DNA from: Acholeplasmataceae bacterium
GTDB taxonomy: Bacteria > Bacillota_I > Bacilli_A > Acholeplasmatales > Acholeplasmataceae
Direction: 5' to 3'
Length of the DNA: 46,623 nt
Assembly (NCBI GenBank): GCA_012520715.1
Contig: JAAYNT010000070.1
Coordinates: forward strand, 1-46,623
The notes below the pieces were generated by a model. It was not told where the DNA came from. It searched no databases and worked only from the letters and a program-made list of their open reading frames with translations. A program made the translations under genes and the position numbers. Below are positions 44,436 to 46,623 of this stretch, piece by piece; position 1 is the first letter of the stretch, and the number at the start of each line of letters is the position of its first letter.

Positions 44436-45301
44436 TAACTTTCAACTGCTTCGTTAGTTTCAACTTTGTTTTGTTTAAATATGACCCTAAAGATCGGAAA
44501 GAATACCCAAAACGAAATTGCACTATTTATTATCATCGTTATAAAGTCAGCGAATAGCTCCCCTGTGCCACCCCAACCAAATGTATTAATTAATAAATTA
44601 TAAATTGGTGCTTTATACAATCCTTGTGCAGCAGCTGCAATAAATGTAATTGCAATATATGCAATAACATACCAAGTTGCTGCTTTGGCAACACTACTGT
44701 TTGACTTAAAGGTAATATTTCTTTGAGCAAAGAAGTTAATTACTTGAGCAATTGCTAAAGTAATTTGAACTGCTAAGAAATAACCAAGTCCACCACCGCC
44801 ACCATCCTTAATTAAACCCGCTGCATAGTTGAACATATAATATGGTGATCCGTCAAATTGATTTCCAATTCTTCCCCATTGAAATGTAACATCAATTAAA
44901 TTTGTTTGTTCAAATATGGCTTTAAATATTGGCATTAACGCTAATTGAAGTAGCGTTACTGCGTTTGATATCATAAAAAATACTATAAACTGAGCTGTCT
45001 TTGGAAATCTTCCTTCAAATACTCTCCAAGCAAGTGTGATTATATCCCACACTCTTGCAAAGAAGTTTCCAATGACTTGGAAAAATCTTTTTACTTTACT
45101 TTCTGAAAGTCTTTGTTCTCTAGCTTCATTAACTGCTAAATTTAAACGAGCTTTTTCATCTTGAATTAAGGCGTCTTGCTCGGTAACATCTTGTTTTTCT
45201 TTTTTTAGTCGGTATTTTTCAAGATATAATTCGTTTAATCTTTCTTTACGTTCTTTTTTACGTTCTTTTACTAAACTAATTTTCTTCTCTTCTTTTTTCA
45301 T
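44435..45301 (-). CDS. GtrA-like polytopic membrane protein with a K/E-rich coiled-coil N-terminal extension of about 90 aa
   Basis: Four hydrophobic helices, with FFAQRNITFKSN after helix 2 (GtrA-like pattern). ATGA-type 1-nt overlap with the GT gene. Confidence 0.4.
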   Translation of the reverse strand: MKKEEKKISLVKERKKERKERLNELYLEKYRLKKEKQDVTEQDALIQDEKARLNLAVNEAREQRLSESKVKRFFQVIGNFFARVWDIITLAWRVFEGRFPKTAQFIVFFMISNAVTLLQLALMPIFKAIFEQTNLIDVTFQWGRIGNQFDGSPYYMFNYAAGLIKDGGGGGLGYFLAVQITLAIAQVINFFAQRNITFKSNSSVAKAATWYVIAYIAITFIAAAAQGLYKAPIYNLLINTFGWGGTGELFADFITMIINSAISFWVFFPIFRVIFKQNKVETNEAVES

Positions 45302-45309
45302 GTTGTAAC

Positions 45310-46623
45310 CTAAGTTTTCTTTACTCTTTCTTTTTCATATTTTAAAAGCTTCTTCTTTTGTTTACCAGCTTTCATAAATGCCCTTAACCCTTTAAAGAAT
45401 TTACCGTTAAACATAATTATTAAACCGTTTAGTTGCTTCATATCAATCATTCCGCCAGTCATTCTAGAAAGAGTTCTCATTGGTTGATTATAAACTCCCA
45501 TGATTAGTGTTAAACCTAGAGTCTTTTTACCAATTTTCATTAGAAACTTACTTCCGTTTCTAACTGCAAATGATAAAAATCTTCCAGTCCAACCTCTAGC
45601 TTCTCTTAGATCAGCTACTGTTGTTTCTAAATCAACTATTATTTTTCCTCTTTTAGTTCTTGCTTTTTCTACTTTTGGAATTTCTCTTCTAAGTAGTTCA
45701 CTAAATTCTAAGTCTGTAATGTTATGAACATCGGCTTTAAAATAATTTACTAACTGATCTAGTTCATATGGTTTAATATTAGAACCTTCTACAATTAAAG
45801 ATCCTTCATAGTATATATCTTCAACTGAATTACCTAAATATATTTGATACTCTCCACCTTCAACTTCAAACTCACTAGTTGAAATATCAAAATATCTAAA
45901 TGAATAATCATCAAATGGAATTTTAACTTCTTTTTCTTCATCTACTTCTAAGTGAACTTTTACAAATCCTTTTAATTCTTTAGAAGCTCTAAATATATCA
46001 CTATCTTTTTTACCTATATACATTTGGATTACATCCTTACCAGGATGTTTTCCAATGTTTTTTATTCTAACTGTGATACCTGTATCATCAAGTTTTACTA
46101 CTTCTTTACTAAACTTAGTATAAGAAAGTCCATATCCAAATGGATATCTAACTTTTACACCCCTAGTGTTAAAATAACGATAACCAACAAATATTGACTC
46201 ACGATACTCAGCAATATTATCATCTTTTAAGAAATATGGTGTTGCTGGGTAATCATCTAATTTGTACGCAATTGATTCTGATAATCTTCCTGATGGGTTG
46301 ACTTTACCATAAACTAAGTTAAGTAAACCGCTCATTCCAGCTTGACCTGGTAAGTATCCATGAATTACCGCGTTCGCATTTTCAATAAAATCAAGTTCTG
46401 TTGTTGAACCGCTTGTCAGTATTAAGACAATCTTTTTACCAGTTTTCTTAAGTTCTTCTACTAAATTAATTTGGTTTTCTGGGAATTTTAAATCTTTTCT
46501 ATCAATTCCTTCAACTTCACTTATTTCATCAAGTCCTAAGTATAGTAATATAACATCCGATTTGTTAGCTAGTTCAACTGCTTTTTTAACTAACTTACTA
46601 CTTTTTTTACCATATCGTTTAAA
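45310..46623 (-). CDS. glycoside hydrolase family 3 (5' end beyond window), with an extra basic C-terminal region of about 150 aa
   Basis: The frame stays open upstream of the track start to the window edge (FKRYGKK...EVEGIDRKDL...YLPGQAGMSGLL). It has the GH3 sandwich domain and an Fn3-like region (YPFGYGLSYT). Confidence 0.85.
   Translation of the reverse strand, partial: FKRYGKKSSKLVKKAVELANKSDVILLYLGLDEISEVEGIDRKDLKFPENQINLVEELKKTGKKIVLILTSGSTTELDFIENANAVIHGYLPGQAGMSGLLNLVYGKVNPSGRLSESIAYKLDDYPATPYFLKDDNIAEYRESIFVGYRYFNTRGVKVRYPFGYGLSYTKFSKEVVKLDDTGITVRIKNIGKHPGKDVIQMYIGKKDSDIFRASKELKGFVKVHLEVDEEKEVKIPFDDYSFRYFDISTSEFEVEGGEYQIYLGNSVEDIYYEGSLIVEGSNIKPYELDQLVNYFKADVHNITDLEFSELLRREIPKVEKARTKRGKIIVDLETTVADLREARGWTGRFLSFAVRNGSKFLMKIGKKTLGLTLIMGVYNQPMRTLSRMTGGMIDMKQLNGLIIMFNGKFFKGLRAFMKAGKQKKKLLKYEKERVKKT

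Noticed and set aside
1-46623. Window-wide look for CRISPR arrays, tRNA/rRNA genes, IS elements, integrases, prophage genes, toxin-antitoxin pairs and known defence-system hallmarks.
   Set aside because: Intergenic spaces are too short (mostly under 120 nt) and are accounted for by promoters and terminators. There are no spaced direct repeats and no cloverleaf-sized non-coding gaps. No transposase, recombinase, nuclease or helicase-like ORFs were recognised.

Overview
This is a 46.6-kb AT-rich bacterial chromosomal segment with almost gap-free coding. I call 42 CDS (two truncated by the window edges) plus one disrupted ORF that is missing from the ORF track. I found no rRNA, tRNA, CRISPR array, transposase or integrase. 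The genetic code is standard: TGA, TAG and TAA each terminate homology-supported ORFs and Trp is TGG, so this is not a code-4 mycoplasma. Gene content and micro-synteny (tsaE-tsaB-rimI-tsaD; tilS-hpt-ftsH-S4-lysS; dnaX-ybaB-recR; rpoE-pyrG-fba) look Bacillota/Mollicutes-like. An Acholeplasma-like wall-less organism would fit three things: cdaA without cdaR-glmM, very large exo-proteins anchored by TM helices, and a lipobox lipoprotein. That taxonomic placement is inference only. Positions 1-31.6 kb are housekeeping (t6A synthesis, glycolysis, MEP pathway, c-di-AMP cyclase, translation, replication). Positions 31.7-46.6 kb form an accessory-looking glycan locus on a single strand. In transcription order it holds a partial GH3, a GtrA-like membrane protein, a UgtP/MGDG-synthase-like glycosyltransferase and a cre-like palindrome. 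These are followed by a 1533-aa circularly permuted GH3 paralog with degenerate catalytic motifs, a lipoprotein with six He_PIG-type repeats, a 1060-aa permuted GH3 anchored at both ends, and UDP-galactopyranose mutase. The best candidates for new biology are that glycan locus, the operon of cdaA / mini membrane protein / TM-PAS-degenerate-GGDEF protein, the tandem DHH/DHHA1 paralogs, and two disrupted membrane-protein genes. I see no recognisable defence, toxin-antitoxin or mobile system. All calls rest on motif recognition by eye and hand translation; no searches were run. Several ORF-track starts are GTG/TTG codons lying inside Shine-Dalgarno sequences or promoters, and I trimmed them.
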